Notes: generated by a model not told the origin, from the letters alone. 63,404 nucleotides of DNA, filler included, from Folioceros fuciformis (GCA_049999805.1; 41 parts of 41 records of this genome joined end to end with filler, not necessarily neighbours in it); one strand, 5' to 3'; counted from the whole stretch's first letter, positions 36,090-49,867 are shown. Translations and numbers: made by a program.

Positions 36090-36551
36090 ATGAAGACGAT
36101 GCATATTCTTCTACATCTCTTATGTATTTTTATTTATTTATATAACTGTTGTGGACAACAACTTATTTCAACAGCTGATGGAATTACTCCAAACACAACG
36201 AAAATATTTTCTTCATGCAATTTGGTTGAAAGATTCTTTCCACCTGCATTTGCTTTAAGTTTTCAACTCGATGGTCTAATAGCAGATGCGCTTATAGACT
36301 ACCCCATTAGATTGCCATTCATGCCGGCATATACACAAGTTGGAACAGGAGAAATTTATTTTAGGGGTTTAGTCATGTGTTATCCACGAGCAAGAAGAAT
36401 GACTACTAAACAACAATGTGAAACTTGTTTAAAAATAATCAAACAAAAAGTTATGGTAGAATGTGTTTACTCTAAAGAGGCAAATTATTTAGCTCAAGAT
36501 TGTCATCTCCAATATTCATATTTAGGACCCATGAGTTGTTGGCTTCCATAA
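36090..36551 (+). CDS. Secreted single-domain Gnk2/DUF26-like cysteine-rich protein
   Basis: Signal peptide; C...C-x12-C-x2-C-x11-C-x12-C-x3-Y pattern; intronless. Confidence 0.85.
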   Translation: MKTMHILLHLLCIFIYLYNCCGQQLISTADGITPNTTKIFSSCNLVERFFPPAFALSFQLDGLIADALIDYPIRLPFMPAYTQVGTGEIYFRGLVMCYPRARRMTTKQQCETCLKIIKQKVMVECVYSKEANYLAQDCHLQYSYLGPMSCWLP

Positions 36552-37248
36552 CTAATGAATTCCATCATATTTTGTGTATAATAATAATAATAATTTTACA
36601 TTTCAAATAATTTCAATGATCATGAATACATATATTTTAGTAATGACTCCTTTGCAAGTCCTCACAAACTCTTGACCATAGCAACAAATTTAACAAGTTG
36701 AAAATCTCGATGAATACAAGAGCTTAGTATAAGAATGGTTTTTTGTGTGAAGAAAAAACCATTCTAGCATCCACTGTTATTTTACTTTTTTGAAGTAGAA
36801 CTAAAACTTTAAAACATATTCTATGAGGTAGATGATGTGGTAAAGAATGTGTTAATGATGAATGATACATAATAGATGAATTGATTAGATTAGAAGTTGA
36901 AGCTTGCTTTCTTATTTGGGCTGGATGCAGCCTCGAGGAAATCTCTACTTCAGACACAATGGTGGGGCTTATTGTGGTCTTCTTGCCTTTTTTTTTTGTC
37001 TTTGGGTTAACTGGTCTTCTGTGGTCTATGGAGGACGAGAGCCAACCTCTGCTAAGACTCTATTATGGTGTATATGGGAGCACTTATTGATTTCAACAGA
37101 AGCATTGAGGCAGTCCCATTGGAAACAATTCAAGCGGAAAGAGTGGAGGCAGGCGGGTTTTCTCGATCTAGGGAATGAGGAGCTTTGGAATCACTCGTGC
37201 CCCTAGAGTAGGTGAACCTGTCTGGTCTGTGGAAAATTGGAAGATTCG

Positions 37249-37403
37249 TCTGAGTGGTCTTAGCAGCTTGCAGGTATCATGATGCAGGGGTACGCCTTCT
37301 TAGTGGTCTTAGCAGCTTGCAGTTATCATGATGCAGGGGTACGCCTTCTGAGTGGTCTTAGCAGCTTGCAGTTATCATGATACAGGGGTACGCCTTCTGA
37401 GTG
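37249..37403. repeat. 49-bp tandem repeat, 3 copies
   Basis: Unit AGTGGTCTTAGCAGCTTGCAG(G/T)TATCATGAT(G/A)CAGGGGTACGCCTTCT(G/T). Confidence 0.95.
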
Positions 37404-37989
37404 TTTAACTTTTGGGCTCGAAGTTGGCTTTCCCCTCTCTCATGGTACTCTCACCCTGTGCATACGCAAGCAAGGGGTCCCCCTCTGTATTGTCTGTGGA
37501 AGATTTATTCCATCAATTTAATCAGAATCCTTTTCTCGAAAAAAAAAACAAGTTTGCTTTCTATCAAACTTTGGGGCCTCAAGCTTGCCGTTATGGAGAG
37601 TTGAAACTTTGTGTTTTGTGAAAACAATCTCTTTAAATGTTCTTTTTGGAAAAATGCCAAAACTCCCTATGGATATATGTATTGTAGAGACTTCTTTATG
37701 AGAAAAGAGATCTGAAAAAGAATCCAGCCAAGGCATGGGAGAACAAGCCTTTGGAGGGCACTTACTATGAGGACTTTACTCNNNNNNNNNNNNNNNNNNN
37801 NNNNNNNNNNNNNNNNNNNNNNNNNTTAATTAATTAANNNNNNNNNNNNNNNNNNNNNNNNNNNNNNNNNNNNNNNNNNNNATGGTACGGAATACTCGTA
37901 GATGAGAGAACAGACAAGAAGGTGCAAAACATAATTATTGATGTGTATTATTTGCATAATGAAACGATATGAACGGAGTTTTTAAAGCT

Positions 37990-39580
37990 AGCCAACATAA
38001 TAAGTGCACAAAGGGATCTTCAACGCCTTGGTTAAGCAATTGTAACTCTTTGATTTTGACATAAAAAAAATGAGTGGATTTCCAAGAGATGGAACATCAG
38101 CCATGGTTGCCAAGGGCCAAGGCCAAGGAGATCACAATGTTGTTAAGTTTTTGCGTAATGTGCATCCATATCTGGCTCAAACTCGTTGTGTTGCTCACTG
38201 CACAACACTCAACTACAAAGGCAGCATCTAAGGTAGAATAGTTTGTGTATTACCAGTTTTACTTAAATTTACTCAGGAGGATGAGAACCTGAATTGGCGA
38301 AATGCCAATAAGGGTCCAAGTAGTTCTTCTTCTTTGTAGGGGAAGATTGTCTTCCAAGCTTTGCTAGCTACTAAGGCCTTGTTTGCATTTCATTGCAACA
38401 TATATTTGAGAGGTTCTTTATTCCTTAAATACTAACTTTCAACGTGATTATCTAGAGCCAAATAGCATAGTTCCTCTCATAAATTCTATTGTTGAGCAAG
38501 TCAAAAGTACGTATAAAGTTGATAAGGTGAGTATGGGGAGTAGAAAGTTTTTTTCTTTCAAAAAAAACTTTAAAAAAAAGTTATAAAATGTATGAGGGTT
38601 TTGTAATATGCGACTACTACTTTGAAAGCGAACTAAGTTCTTGAATTACTAGTGCTAACAAATATGCTTAAGTTATTGTTAATGTATTGAATAATAAGTT
38701 CTTGATCTTTGTGTATTGCATGCTTGTCGTCTATTGTGTTCAAAATTTATCATGAAGATATAGATGAGTGTATACAATTAGTTAATAGTTTGTTAGAGGT
38801 ATTATTGAAAAAGTTTGGAATTAACTCTTTGGATGCAAATATTAATGTTGGTCGACAATGTTTGCATCCTCTTTTGTAGTTGATGAGGTGTGTCAAACTG
38901 AGTTGCAAACATTTGTGTCCATCTTGAAGTCTTCTTGTACTAGATTAAGTATGTTAGTAGCTTACAAAATATACTCAACAACTCAAGAGTGTGTAGTATT
39001 AACCCTCTCTATATTACGTCTTTGAAATTTATGTCTTGTCATACCTTTCGAGTACTAGTACTACTATATATAGTATTGTTATATGTGATCAGGGATTTTC
39101 TAAACAAAACTTTGTGATGGATAACTTGAGAACTAATGTTAATATTTTGACCCTTGATGCATTGATAAGAATATCCATCAATGGTTCGCTTGTTAAGAAG
39201 ATAGATTAGAATGGTATATAAAACTTTGTGATGGATAACTTGAGTACTAATGTTAATATTTTGACCCTTGATGCATTGATGAGTATATCCATCAATGGTT
39301 CGCTTGTTAAGAAGATAGATTCGAATGGTATACAAAACTTTGTGATGAATAACTTGAGTACTAATGTTAATATTTTGACCCTTGATACATTGATGAGTAT
39401 ATCCATCAATGGTTTGCTTGTTAAGGAGATAGATTTGAATGGTATTTTTAAAGCTTGGAAAGACCAGCCCTTGATGATAGAATATACTAAAAATTTGTAT
39501 TTTTATCTTTATATTATTATTTATAAATTATTTACTTATTATTATATTAAGGGACCAAGGGTCGAAAAAGGCAATCCCTG
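37990..39580 (+). mobile_element. Decayed hAT transposon (ZNF862-like transposase) with probable right TIR
   Basis: GFPRDGTSAMV...HPYLAQTRCVAH; C-terminal dimerisation motif ICDQGFSKQNFV...TLDALIRISING...WK; ends in GGCAATCCCTG (reverse complement CAGGGATTGCC, a hAT-type terminus). Confidence 0.8.
39106..39445 (+). repeat. 114-bp tandem triplication inside the hAT dimerisation domain
   Basis: CTTTGTGATG recurs at 39110, 39224 and 39338; unit equals 38 codons. Confidence 0.95.
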
Positions 39581-41619
39581 CTCNNNNNNNNNNNNNNNNN
39601 NNNNNNNNNNNNNNNNNNNNNNNNNNNTTAATTAATTAANNNNNNNNNNNNNNNNNNNNNNNNNNNNNNNNNNNNNNNNNNNNATATATGCCTATTCTAC
39701 ATGGTAAGAATAGTCCTTTGGTGAAACTTCCAAGTAAGCCAAATTGCCATAAAACAACTACCACAGCAATTCCTGTAGAGATAGGATAAACATAAATGTT
39801 ACACAAAATTCATAAAGTGTTTTTCAAGACGGTAAGAAATTAGTTCTTGAGTTATGTTCAAACTCTACCTAGAATTAAAGTAACAAATGTTGAGAGGGCT
39901 GCCATAATTTTAAGAAAGCATAAATGGAGAATATAACACATTGTTCCATCATCATTACCTACACAATGTTTGCTAATCATAGAATAGAACATATAAAAAT
40001 TATTATACGTAAAGGATAACTAAATTCTATGTGCATGCATAGGTACTTACGAGCAATTGAAAAAATCAAATTTAAAAATTCCCTTGAAACGGTCCCACAA
40101 GCTTTCTCCAGATCCTACGTTAGCGCTAAGGGTCTTGTTTTCATGACTTACGCCTACAATAATCGTGCCCTAAGACACATGAACCAAATAAGATCAACAC
40201 AAAATAAGACCAACGAAAAAGTTTAGGGTTTAGTAAATTATAATGAATTCCAAAGGCTGATAAAATTCAACAAAATGGTTATCGTGAATCAAATCTCTAT
40301 CATGGAGTTTTAAAGTGTTCCCTCATAAACCCCAGCAAAAAGTTTAAGGCCTAAGTAACATCTTAAGCTAAGCCTTGAAAGAAATTGAATGCATCCGGAA
40401 TGACATACGAGAGATCCATTGTCATATTTTGTAGCTATAGTTGAAAAGTAAACGGATTTAAGGTCTACAATGTTGGATCTGCTATCTCGTAATGTCACTA
40501 GAACACAAGCCATTTCCACAGCATTCTGTTAATCAAATAATAAGCTCTTTACTTAAGAAAGCATAATTTAAGGTGCAGTTAATAAGCATGTACTGGTCTT
40601 ACGAGTACAATTATGGGAGCCTTCTTCTTCTGTGGTTGTTAAAAGAGATGTAATAACAGTTTGTTCAAGATTCGGAACTAGACTTAAGCTTTTAGCCTGT
40701 AATGCAAATAAACATGTTTTAAATAGGATGGTTGATTTTCAAATAAATTATCTGAAGAAAACCTTCACCTTCATAAGTGAACATAAAGTGTACCGGGGGG
40801 CTGATTATCTTCTTATCACAAGCAATCTGAAAACAAACTCACCATCAACACATAATCTCACTATACATATATATATATACACNNNNNNNNNNNNNNNNNN
40901 NNNNNNNNNNNNNNNNNNNNNNNNNNTTAATTAATTAANNNNNNNNNNNNNNNNNNNNNNNNNNNNNNNNNNNNNNNNNNNNTTTTTCTATTTTGTTAAA
41001 TACTACATAGTGTTCAAATATTTGAAGTTTTCTATGATAGATTATTCTAGTTTTATTATGCTAACGACAAATGATCTACACTTATGCAAACATATGGATC
41101 TTTTCTTCATGAATTCACATATTGAACAAGATATAGTGGGCAATGCGTTTCTAATGACTATAACATTGGCTATACTTCTCAAACATATGCACATATTGTG
41201 TTCTTCATTCAATTTAATGTACAAACAATACTTATTGTTTTAATTCTAAGCACATGTTTTGTACTCTTCAAAAAACAAAATGTTGTCATCCTTTTGATGT
41301 TGAAACTGTTATATAGATTATTTGGTTTTCATAATAACCCTCTTGCTACTTATCATCTAAATTAAATAATAATAAAAATGATTATGTATTTAAAAAATTT
41401 TAAGTAATTTTAGTAATCAACCATTATCCTATAGACTATCTCAAAAAATATATTTTTTCTTATTAAGAAAAGAGGAGATGGATAAATCCATCAACAAAAG
41501 GACATCTTGAGGATTATGAAAAAGAAGGAGCAGCTAAGCTCTATGTCTAAAATTACATATAGCACCCACAATGTTAAAGCTAGGGAGATTAAATGAGGGT
41601 GAAGGTAACTACTAGAAAG

Positions 41620-42600
41620 AATGAATGGCATTTGGTATTCTTTCTAACTCACCATGTAAGCTCTACTACTAACACATCCATTGAGATGGTCTTAGTTTTT
41701 GATTTAGCAATGGGCACAAGGCAAGGGGATCTACTGGGGGATGCTCTTTTTGCCATGGTGCATTTTGGAGCATTGTCTTCTACAGCCTTGGCATTTTGGG
41801 AGTGTCTTCTCTCATCTATGTTTGACGAAACTCATACTATGAGGCCAGAAGTCATAGTCAAAGCAACCTTTGATCTCTTCTCCTCAAAGGTCTCTAAGGT
41901 GGGGGTGAGGGTTAAGTCATCTAAATTGTTTGGACCCTTCAGGCATCACTCCCCCCCACCCCTTTAATATTGGGAGGGGGAATATTATCCCATAGCAAGG
42001 AGTTTAAGTCTTAGGTGTACTTATGGGACCCCCTTATTTCATTTTTACGTTTTTGGATATAGCTTTGAATGAAGATTTCGCTCATATCATGGACCCCTCA
42101 TAGATCAATGACCCCCATATTACGTTTTGTATTCTTTCTTCCTGCTTTGGAAGTGACCAAATTTTCTCACATTAATTGTTGCACCTTCTTTAGCTTTTTT
42201 ATACGTCTTAGGAAGTTCGACAACCAAGTTATGCAGACGCTTAGAGACATTATAGGTCTTAGCACCTTTGAGTGTGCCGTCAGTGATTTTGCCTAGAAGT
42301 AGGCTTCCTTGCCAGCTGCCTTTCAAGGGGGTTGACATTTTGTGTATGAAGGCCTTTGCCTAAGCTGCCTTTCTCGATAGCTAGGCCCTCTTGTCTGCAA
42401 TTTTGGCCTCTCATTTTCTACTCTAGGATTCTGCTCTTATTGAACATTTTATCTCATGCCTTGAGGAAGGGGTTTTCTCTTTACAGGTGTCTCTTAGGTG
42501 AGTGAGGGACTCTTTACCTTTAGAGGCTTATGAGGCCCTACCTCTTTTCATCTCCTTTTCTAAAGAAGGGTTGAGGGGTCTTCAAGCCTCCCTCCTAGGA
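41620..42600 (+). mobile_element. Decayed CRE-like non-LTR reverse transcriptase
   Basis: GTRQGDLLGDALFAMVH, SMFDETH (decayed ADD), GVRVKSSK, then FKVLGV and ASLP..GV remnants; many stops and frameshifts. Confidence 0.78.
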
Positions 42601-43199
42601 AAGCAATATGGTCAAGCACTGACTTATTAAAATATTGATTATCTTATGGAGAGAGAGGTGAGGTAGGAGAGAGGGGGCTCCTATAAAGTAAGGTGAGCCC
42701 CTAGAACTCATTTTGTTGTAGACACCAAATAATCGGAGTCCTACTCCAATCATCTGACGGACCTTCCATTTGACTTGTGTTATTTGTTCGTTCTTTTTTT
42801 AGTTAATTCTTTGATTTGTCTCAATTTTTAGATCCGATGGGTCCAATAGCATGTAGGCTCATAATCCACTAGTTGGCGAGTANNNNNNNNNNNNNNNNNN
42901 NNNNNNNNNNNNNNNNNNNNNNNNNNTTAATTAATTAANNNNNNNNNNNNNNNNNNNNNNNNNNNNNNNNNNNNNNNNNNNNCATCGTTGATGCCAAGAA
43001 CCTCAGCCTCACCTTGGGCATTGCACTCATGTTGTTGCATTTCACGCCTATCCGTCATTTCGTTTGTGTGTGTTCAAGAGTGCGATGATACTCATCAAAC
43101 TCACCACATGTGTGAGTCCAAAAGAACAGCTATGGAGGAAGGTCTTCAACACGCCTCTTGACAGTCCCTGGTGGAAAACATGAACAACGATACCAGTTT

Positions 43200-43560
43200 C
43201 AGTTGCTTGCGAGTCGAGTGAGATAGTTGGAATGAAGCTAGGACATCAGTAACTTCTCCGACCTCTTCTCTTCGGCTCTTGTACATCGGCAAATAGATCA
43301 ATGCCAGGGGGCATTGCTCTTTGCCACCAACAAGCCTTTGACTTCAAGGAAGTTGCAGGTGACCCATGCCCATTCCCCTGCCCTAAAAATTTTGCTTTGT
43401 CGCCAATGGCAAAAACATCTGATTGTGCCTGAGTAGCATAGCGTAGCATATTTGAAGAGAGCATTCTAGCTTCATTGATGCTCATCGCTGAATATAGGTC
43501 AAGCTTCGAATCTCTGAAGAGCTGCATTTGATGACACTGTCAGTGCAACTACATGTATGA
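43200..43560 (-). mobile_element. Possible MULE-like transposase remnant
   Basis: KLDLYSA...TQAQ...AKFLGQGNGHGSPATSLK loosely recalls MULE-like C-termini; weak resemblance. Confidence 0.2.
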
Positions 43561-44179
43561 TTTTTGCTGCAAACCTCTTCTTGAGAAGGCAATTTGATTG
43601 CATCCACACTCCGGCCCCAAGGGATCCGGTTCAAAAGTTCCAACACACTTGCAACATTCCGTAGCCAGCCAGTCGTAGATCTTGCTACAACATCGGCTCC
43701 CTTTCCTATCTCACATCCAGCCAGAGAGTAGGCCACAACTAGACTCACAACACTCCACCGTACCGCCCACCACACCTTGCTCACCATCATAATCAAAATT
43801 CGCGAATCACGATTCAAGGTTCACGACTCACGGTTCACAGTTCGCGATTCACAATTGGCGATTTGCAATTCAGATCTTCCCTTGGTACGTGCTTCATGTT
43901 GTTTTCCGTGGGCTACAGTCCACCCTTCCTAATCCTAACGAGCTATCCTTGTCTTTCCAATACGTATTTAAATTCGCGTTTCAGCCTGGGCCAAACAAGC
44001 TGGCTACATACTCTGGTGTTTAACATCTGTGTTATCATTTTTTTTCTCAAATTTCTTACAAAGTATGTACATACTACTTTATCAATTAGACTTCAACAAA
44101 CCTTCTATATTTAGCCACAAAAAAAGGAGATTACACTTGCAACTTCTGATTATTACCTTAATTTCATGACACAAATTCT

Positions 44180-44599
44180 TCACAACCCGCCATCAATAGT
44201 ACAAAACCATGGTTCATCAAAACTATATCTCATAGAACAGCCTGCAAGAGTAAGCTGTGCTTCTCTAGCATTAGGACATTCTCTTTGGATTGCTTGAACA
44301 ATAAAAGTAAGGCACTTGGAACAATTCCCAAAACTAGCAGCATCCACGTTGGTACAAGTAGTTGACCCCCAAAAAATGGCTACGGGACCTACTATCATCT
44401 CATAGAAGCTTGGATAGTTAGGAAAGTCTAAAATTCCTTTCTCAGCTGTAGAAGTGAGAGCAGTATTAAGTATTAAGCGACGCATCTCAAAGACATCGAA
44501 TGGGTCTCCACATGTTTTATAGTACACTGGAAAATCTTCAGCTTTCAAACGTGGAAAGCTAAGAAGTACTATTACAATGGTGACCATAAACTTGGTCAT
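44180..44599 (-). CDS. Secreted single-domain Gnk2/DUF26-like cysteine-rich protein
   Basis: Signal peptide MTKFMVTIVIVLLSFPRLKA (upstream in-frame ATGs also possible); C...C-x10-C-x2-C-x11-C-x12-CSMRYS. Confidence 0.9.
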   Translation of the reverse strand: MTKFMVTIVIVLLSFPRLKAEDFPVYYKTCGDPFDVFEMRRLILNTALTSTAEKGILDFPNYPSFYEMIVGPVAIFWGSTTCTNVDAASFGNCSKCLTFIVQAIQRECPNAREAQLTLAGCSMRYSFDEPWFCTIDGGL

Positions 44600-44925
44600 A
44601 TATGGGTTCTTCATGATTCTCATATTGCATAGATATTTGCACAACTCACTGTTATTCTCAATCATCAACTCCATACTATGCAAGAAAGCTTAAGCATCTT
44701 TGATTTGGTTAATATGGGTTCTACAACTTTTAGCCTCTGTGCAAGTAAATGTTCAATTCCTTTATTTGCTCTGGTACATTTTTCTCTTAGTACTATTGAC
44801 AAAAATGCCATTCAGATACCTCATTATGAATAGAATCGGTAGTTGAGTATTTAATGAATATTTTATTAAAAAACCCTAAATTGATTCATACATGAGAAGT
44901 TTGTTGAACCTAATTCAAATGTGGT

Positions 44926-44957
44926 GTAGTGTAGTGTAGTGTAGTGTAGTGTAGTGT
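44926..44957. repeat. (GTAGT)n microsatellite
   Basis: About 6 perfect pentamer units. Confidence 0.9.
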
Positions 44958-47900
44958 GGTGTTGTGTGGATGAGCTACTTTTTATGTGTGTTTGGTTTAA
45001 AATTTGATCTATGAGTTGTCCTTGGTTGAGCAGTGATTTGAGAATGCATGATTAGAAATATATGATAGTATTATTATTTTAAAATATGATATTCACTGAC
45101 GTAGGCTGGTGTGGGATTTCCTTAACGCCTGATAAGGACAAATTGTACGAGAGTAAAAAGGAGGAAGAAGGTGGCTATTACGACAAAGCAAAGCCGGAAT
45201 GATGGGTGGAAGGGATTCCCATTTTTGGAAGCGCAAAATTCCAGAAAATTTGAAACAAAAAAGGTGTAATGGCGGCATTCCACGTGAGCGAGGGGTGGGG
45301 CCCGCGCCAGCGAATTTGGAGGCTTGCATTTGAGGCACGCAAGGTACGGTGGGCGACCGGTAGGACGTCTGGTCGTGGAAGGTGGTTTCACACCGTCGGC
45401 CCGGTTCGGGCCGCCTAGTCTGGTGCAGCGTTTGGTGGCTCGGGGAGGCGGCAGGAGGAAAGAAATGGAGAAAGAAATACGTCCCGGTCGTGAATGGTAA
45501 TCATATTTGTGCATGGGAGATGTGACTCGTCGCTGTAGTGGCGCGTCCAGACAGCGACTGGGCGGCCCAGGTTGCGGATATGAGTGGCGAGAGAGACATG
45601 GATGGATGATGAGCCATCATGACGTATGGGAACGGGACGGGACGGGACGGGAGGATGGGAAGGGAATGGAAGGGACGGACGCTCAGGTGCGAGCCACATG
45701 GAATTCTACCTCCTCGTGATTTCCTTATTGGGCTGATGGTATTTTATTGCTTCAGTCGAGGAAGGGCCTGACGCCTGGCATGTTCAGTGTCAACGTACAC
45801 AGGCCTTGCCATTTTTCGGGCTTGCGGGCACAAGCTTTGTTCTCTCTGGTTCAGGACAAGGGCGGTTCGTCCTGCGCTCTGGCCCGGCTGCGTCTCGTCT
45901 GCGTCTCATCTAGTCCTGTGTCGGGGCGGGTCCTGTCGTGTCGTCTGGTCTCGTCGCTGNNNNNNNNNNNNNNNNNNNNNNNNNNNNNNNNNNNNNNNNN
46001 NNNTTAATTAATTAANNNNNNNNNNNNNNNNNNNNNNNNNNNNNNNNNNNNNNNNNNNNGCTCATAATACCCTATTTTTGCAAAGTGAGTCTTAAAACTT
46101 GAACGAGGTACTTGCCTATTCCATTAGGGGCTTCAAACTTGAGGTTCATCAAAACATGTGTGAAGCTCTTAAGTTTGGGGCAATGGTTTATTTTGGTTAA
46201 AAAATGGTTATTGTTGGTTTGGTTTGGATTTATTTTTTCTCCCTATTTTTCCTGATTTTTTTAATTTTCTGGTCTTTTTCCCTTTTTTTGCTTATGCTAA
46301 TTAGGTTAATTGACCTGTAAATAGTTGGTGTGGTTATTAGAGTGAGTGTAGGTTTGGTACCAGGCCTGGAAAAGTTTAGCTCCAGTACCAGACCATAGGG
46401 TCGGGCAGGTTTGGTCTTTGGCTTGGTAATAATAATATATATAATCATCATTTTTAAGTATTAAATAATTAAATAATATTACATAAGGAAGCAATTAAGT
46501 AATAGTTTGGACATTTGCCTTGGAGTGAGAATTTGGAATGTAGCAAGGATATGGCTGGAATGTGGTAGGGTCTGGCTGGCAAGGTATGGCGCGAGAGGCA
46601 TGATTGAGTGAGCAAGCAATGGCTAGGGCACAACACCCACAAGCGATGGGGAGCTCAACAGCTAGGAAAAGGGGCTCAAGACATGGTGAGTCGGGACACA
46701 GGGTTGTGGAGATGACAACTAGGCAGTATCCCTATGGGAATACTCAAGTCGGATCCGCGACTAAGCTAGCCACCAATATTGCAATGTGAGGGCTGTTGGG
46801 AAGGCCGGGATCAACAAGCAAAGGAAGCTGGACTTTTTGGGCCAATTTGAGTCATGAGGGAGCACCTTGGAGAAGGAGTTGCTAGGATCGAGCAGTGGAG
46901 CAACTAGAGATCAATCTAGATCATGCGCCAACTGTTGTAAACCACTTTGAGCTACTGGAGGGCAAGGTGAGCTGCTGGAATCAGACCGCACAGTTGAGAT
47001 TGAGCCCGCTCTATAGGATCTACCTACTGACAACCCCAATCTACCTCAAATTTTGCCCAACCAGCTCAACATTCTAGCCCGCTCTCCACCTCTAACTTGC
47101 AGATTACGGATTGGATCTAGCCTACGNNNNNNNNNNNNNNNNNNNNNNNNNNNNNNNNNNNNNNNNNNNNTTAATTAATTAANNNNNNNNNNNNNNNNNN
47201 NNNNNNNNNNNNNNNNNNNNNNNNNNGTCTCACATGTACTTAGATGGCTACTTGTATAGTACACAAAGATTTGCATTGCCCCATATAATTGCAGTCTTTT
47301 ACCCTCTTCATGAAAATATTCTTTAGCCTTTCCTTAAAGATAGGCTCGTGTGTTTGCTACCTATCCATATACTATATTAATCACTCACTTCTGGGTGGGG
47401 ATGAAGTGTGCATGTCTTCTTAATGTATTCACTACTACTATGATAGTTACACAAAGATTACTAGGATACTCATAATTTTCATTCCACAACAATTTCTCCA
47501 AATCCTACAACATATAGGCTACTAAGGGGATGGAATTGGGAAGGAAAATAGGCTCATACATATGCCGTAGGCTAGTTATTAGCACATACAATATGTCACA
47601 TATGGTATACTAAACTTTGAAACTTACGCTATGCGTCGAAAGACTTCCTTCTATAAGTGTCAAAGGCTTTGTATGAGCATTTTAATAATTTATCCTTACC
47701 AAGAATTGAGTGGTTATTTCTAAGGACCCAATTTGTTTAAAAAGCATGTATAAAAATACTCTGACATTCATATTGTGAGTGATAAAGATTCAAGATTCAT
47801 AAGAGAATTATGACAACACTTAATGAAATGTTTTAATGGATTAACTAACCCAGTCAACCAAATCCAAGAAAAATACGAGGCATTATGTGTAGATCGCGTA

Positions 47901-48402
47901 GAGAGATTAGACTAATTATTCTGATGACAGAAATGGAATCCTCAGTTAATCCTATCTATCCTCCCTCTCGTGCCTTGAGAGCATTCAATGTGTACTGGGC
48001 TAAGGTGTGTTCTCTGAGAGAGCTCTTGTGGAGGAGGTCAAGTGAAGAGAGAAGACAACGACGCTCCTAGCTAAGGAGAAGAAGAGTTCATTCTAACTCC
48101 AATGTACTATAATATTTTCTTGTTGACGTATGATTTTGGAATAAAGGTTAGTAGCAAGAAGAGTGCTGACCATGAGTCCTCCTAGGAGAGCAGAGCAAGC
48201 TACTTGAAGACCTAAGGCTGGTGTTTGGTGCTTGCTCTAGCTTTCGGTTTTGATTGTGTAATTTACCCCACCCTATCAAAACAGTGTGTTAGGTGGGTGG
48301 TGGTGGTAGAATCCAAAACGAACTCTACTTTTGAGCCATTCATCTTTCCATGTACATACATCAAGGTGTAGGGTTATTAAAGTCTAATGTGCTTAGACTA
48401 AC

Positions 48403-48590
48403 GTGTTTAGTTTAAGATTAGTGTCTAGTTAAGTATCATTAGTTTAGATAAGCTTCAGCTAATCTGTATGAAGCTTCTTGCGCAGCTTTCTGTGCGCTTC
48501 TTGTGAAGCTTCCTAGGGAGCTCTTGTTATCAATACCCCCTTGAGCTCCCTTGCATATTGAGACCTTTTGTGAGAGTGTGACCTCTCTTT
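48403..48590 (+). mobile_element. LTR-like interspersed repeat, same family as 22329-22563
   Basis: Direct sequence similarity; both copies run into contig ends. Confidence 0.75.
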
Positions 48591-49329
48591 NNNNNNNNNN
48601 NNNNNNNNNNNNNNNNNNNNNNNNNNNNNNNNNNTTAATTAATTAANNNNNNNNNNNNNNNNNNNNNNNNNNNNNNNNNNNNNNNNNNNNAGGGAGAGGG
48701 AGAGGGAGAGGGAGAGTTGCCCCATCCACACTGGTTTGGCGGAGGGGAATGGAACTTATCACCCACCTTGGTATCTCTAAGATGAGGGAAGAAGATGTGG
48801 TCGATGTGAATGTCGTGTTGTGCACTAATCCTATGCTGGAAGAGAGCTGTTTCTGTGGGGTTCCTCCTGTGCTGAAGCGAATGTGGGGTTGTGCACTAAT
48901 CCTATGATGGAAGAGAGCTGAGAGCGGTTTCTGTGGGGTTCCTCCTGTGTTGAAGCAAATGTGGGGTTGAAGGTGAATGAGAAGACCAACATCAAGGAGA
49001 TACAGTTACATGGAGAAGACCAACATCAAGGAGAAGACCAATAAGACCAACATCAAGGAGAGAGAGTACAGTTTTGGTTACATGGAGAGTACTTCATGGG
49101 AATATTCCTGGATTCTTGTAATCCTTGCAGATCAATGTAGCAGTGAAAACACTTTGCCTCGATGTTGGACGCAGCAACGAGGTATTGGAATTCTTGTAAC
49201 CCATCCAGCAGGGGGATTGATAGTAACCTTCCAATAGGAAAGAAAGCATTATGGAGGAAAAATTACAACGAAATAGAAGCTTGGCAACTTATCTCTCTCA
49301 ATTTTAAGCCACTCTAACCATTGGTAGAA

Positions 49330-49867
49330 TTTTAGTCCACCAGCTGCAGGTAATAATACTTTTTTTTATCGCTAACACGGAACTAAGTTGTGCTTGAACA
49401 ATTTTCATGAAGAAAAAACCACTTTGTAAGAAAACATATGCAAATTTTATCATTCTCAAGCAAAATCAAAAGACGGAGAATGCGTATGAAGGAGTATATA
49501 TGGCGCAATGGAGGAAAACTAAAGGCATAGTTGGAGTCCCTCCTCCATCTAGAAATGGGATTGCAAGTAAGCTTTTGGGATTTAGCTGGTCAAGATGAAT
49601 ACCGTATTCTGCATGACTACTTCTTCCCTTATATTTATCAAGCTTGTTTATTTTTATTTGTGTTTAATAAAATTATATTAATAAAATTTTTAAATAGTAA
49701 TAAAATTAGTACACAATTTCGAAAACAATTTAGCTATTGGTTGAAGTTTATTTCATCTAATGGAGTAATAAAAAACCAAAATTATTTGTAATCATCAGTC
49801 ATCTAGATATCTTTGAAAAAGAGAAAAAGACCATCCATAATATTTTACAAGAAGAATTTACTAAACT
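49330..49867 (+). pseudogene. TORNADO1-like ROCO (Roc GTPase domain) pseudogene
   Basis: Decayed P-loop (PPAAGNNT), TKGI, VSFWDLAGQDEYRILHDYFFP, YWLKFISSN and SHLD in order, with frameshifts and stops. Confidence 0.78.

Noticed and set aside
27821-39445. 93-, 49- and 114-bp arrays as CRISPR arrays
   Set aside because: Whole units repeat with no unique spacers, and no cas genes are present
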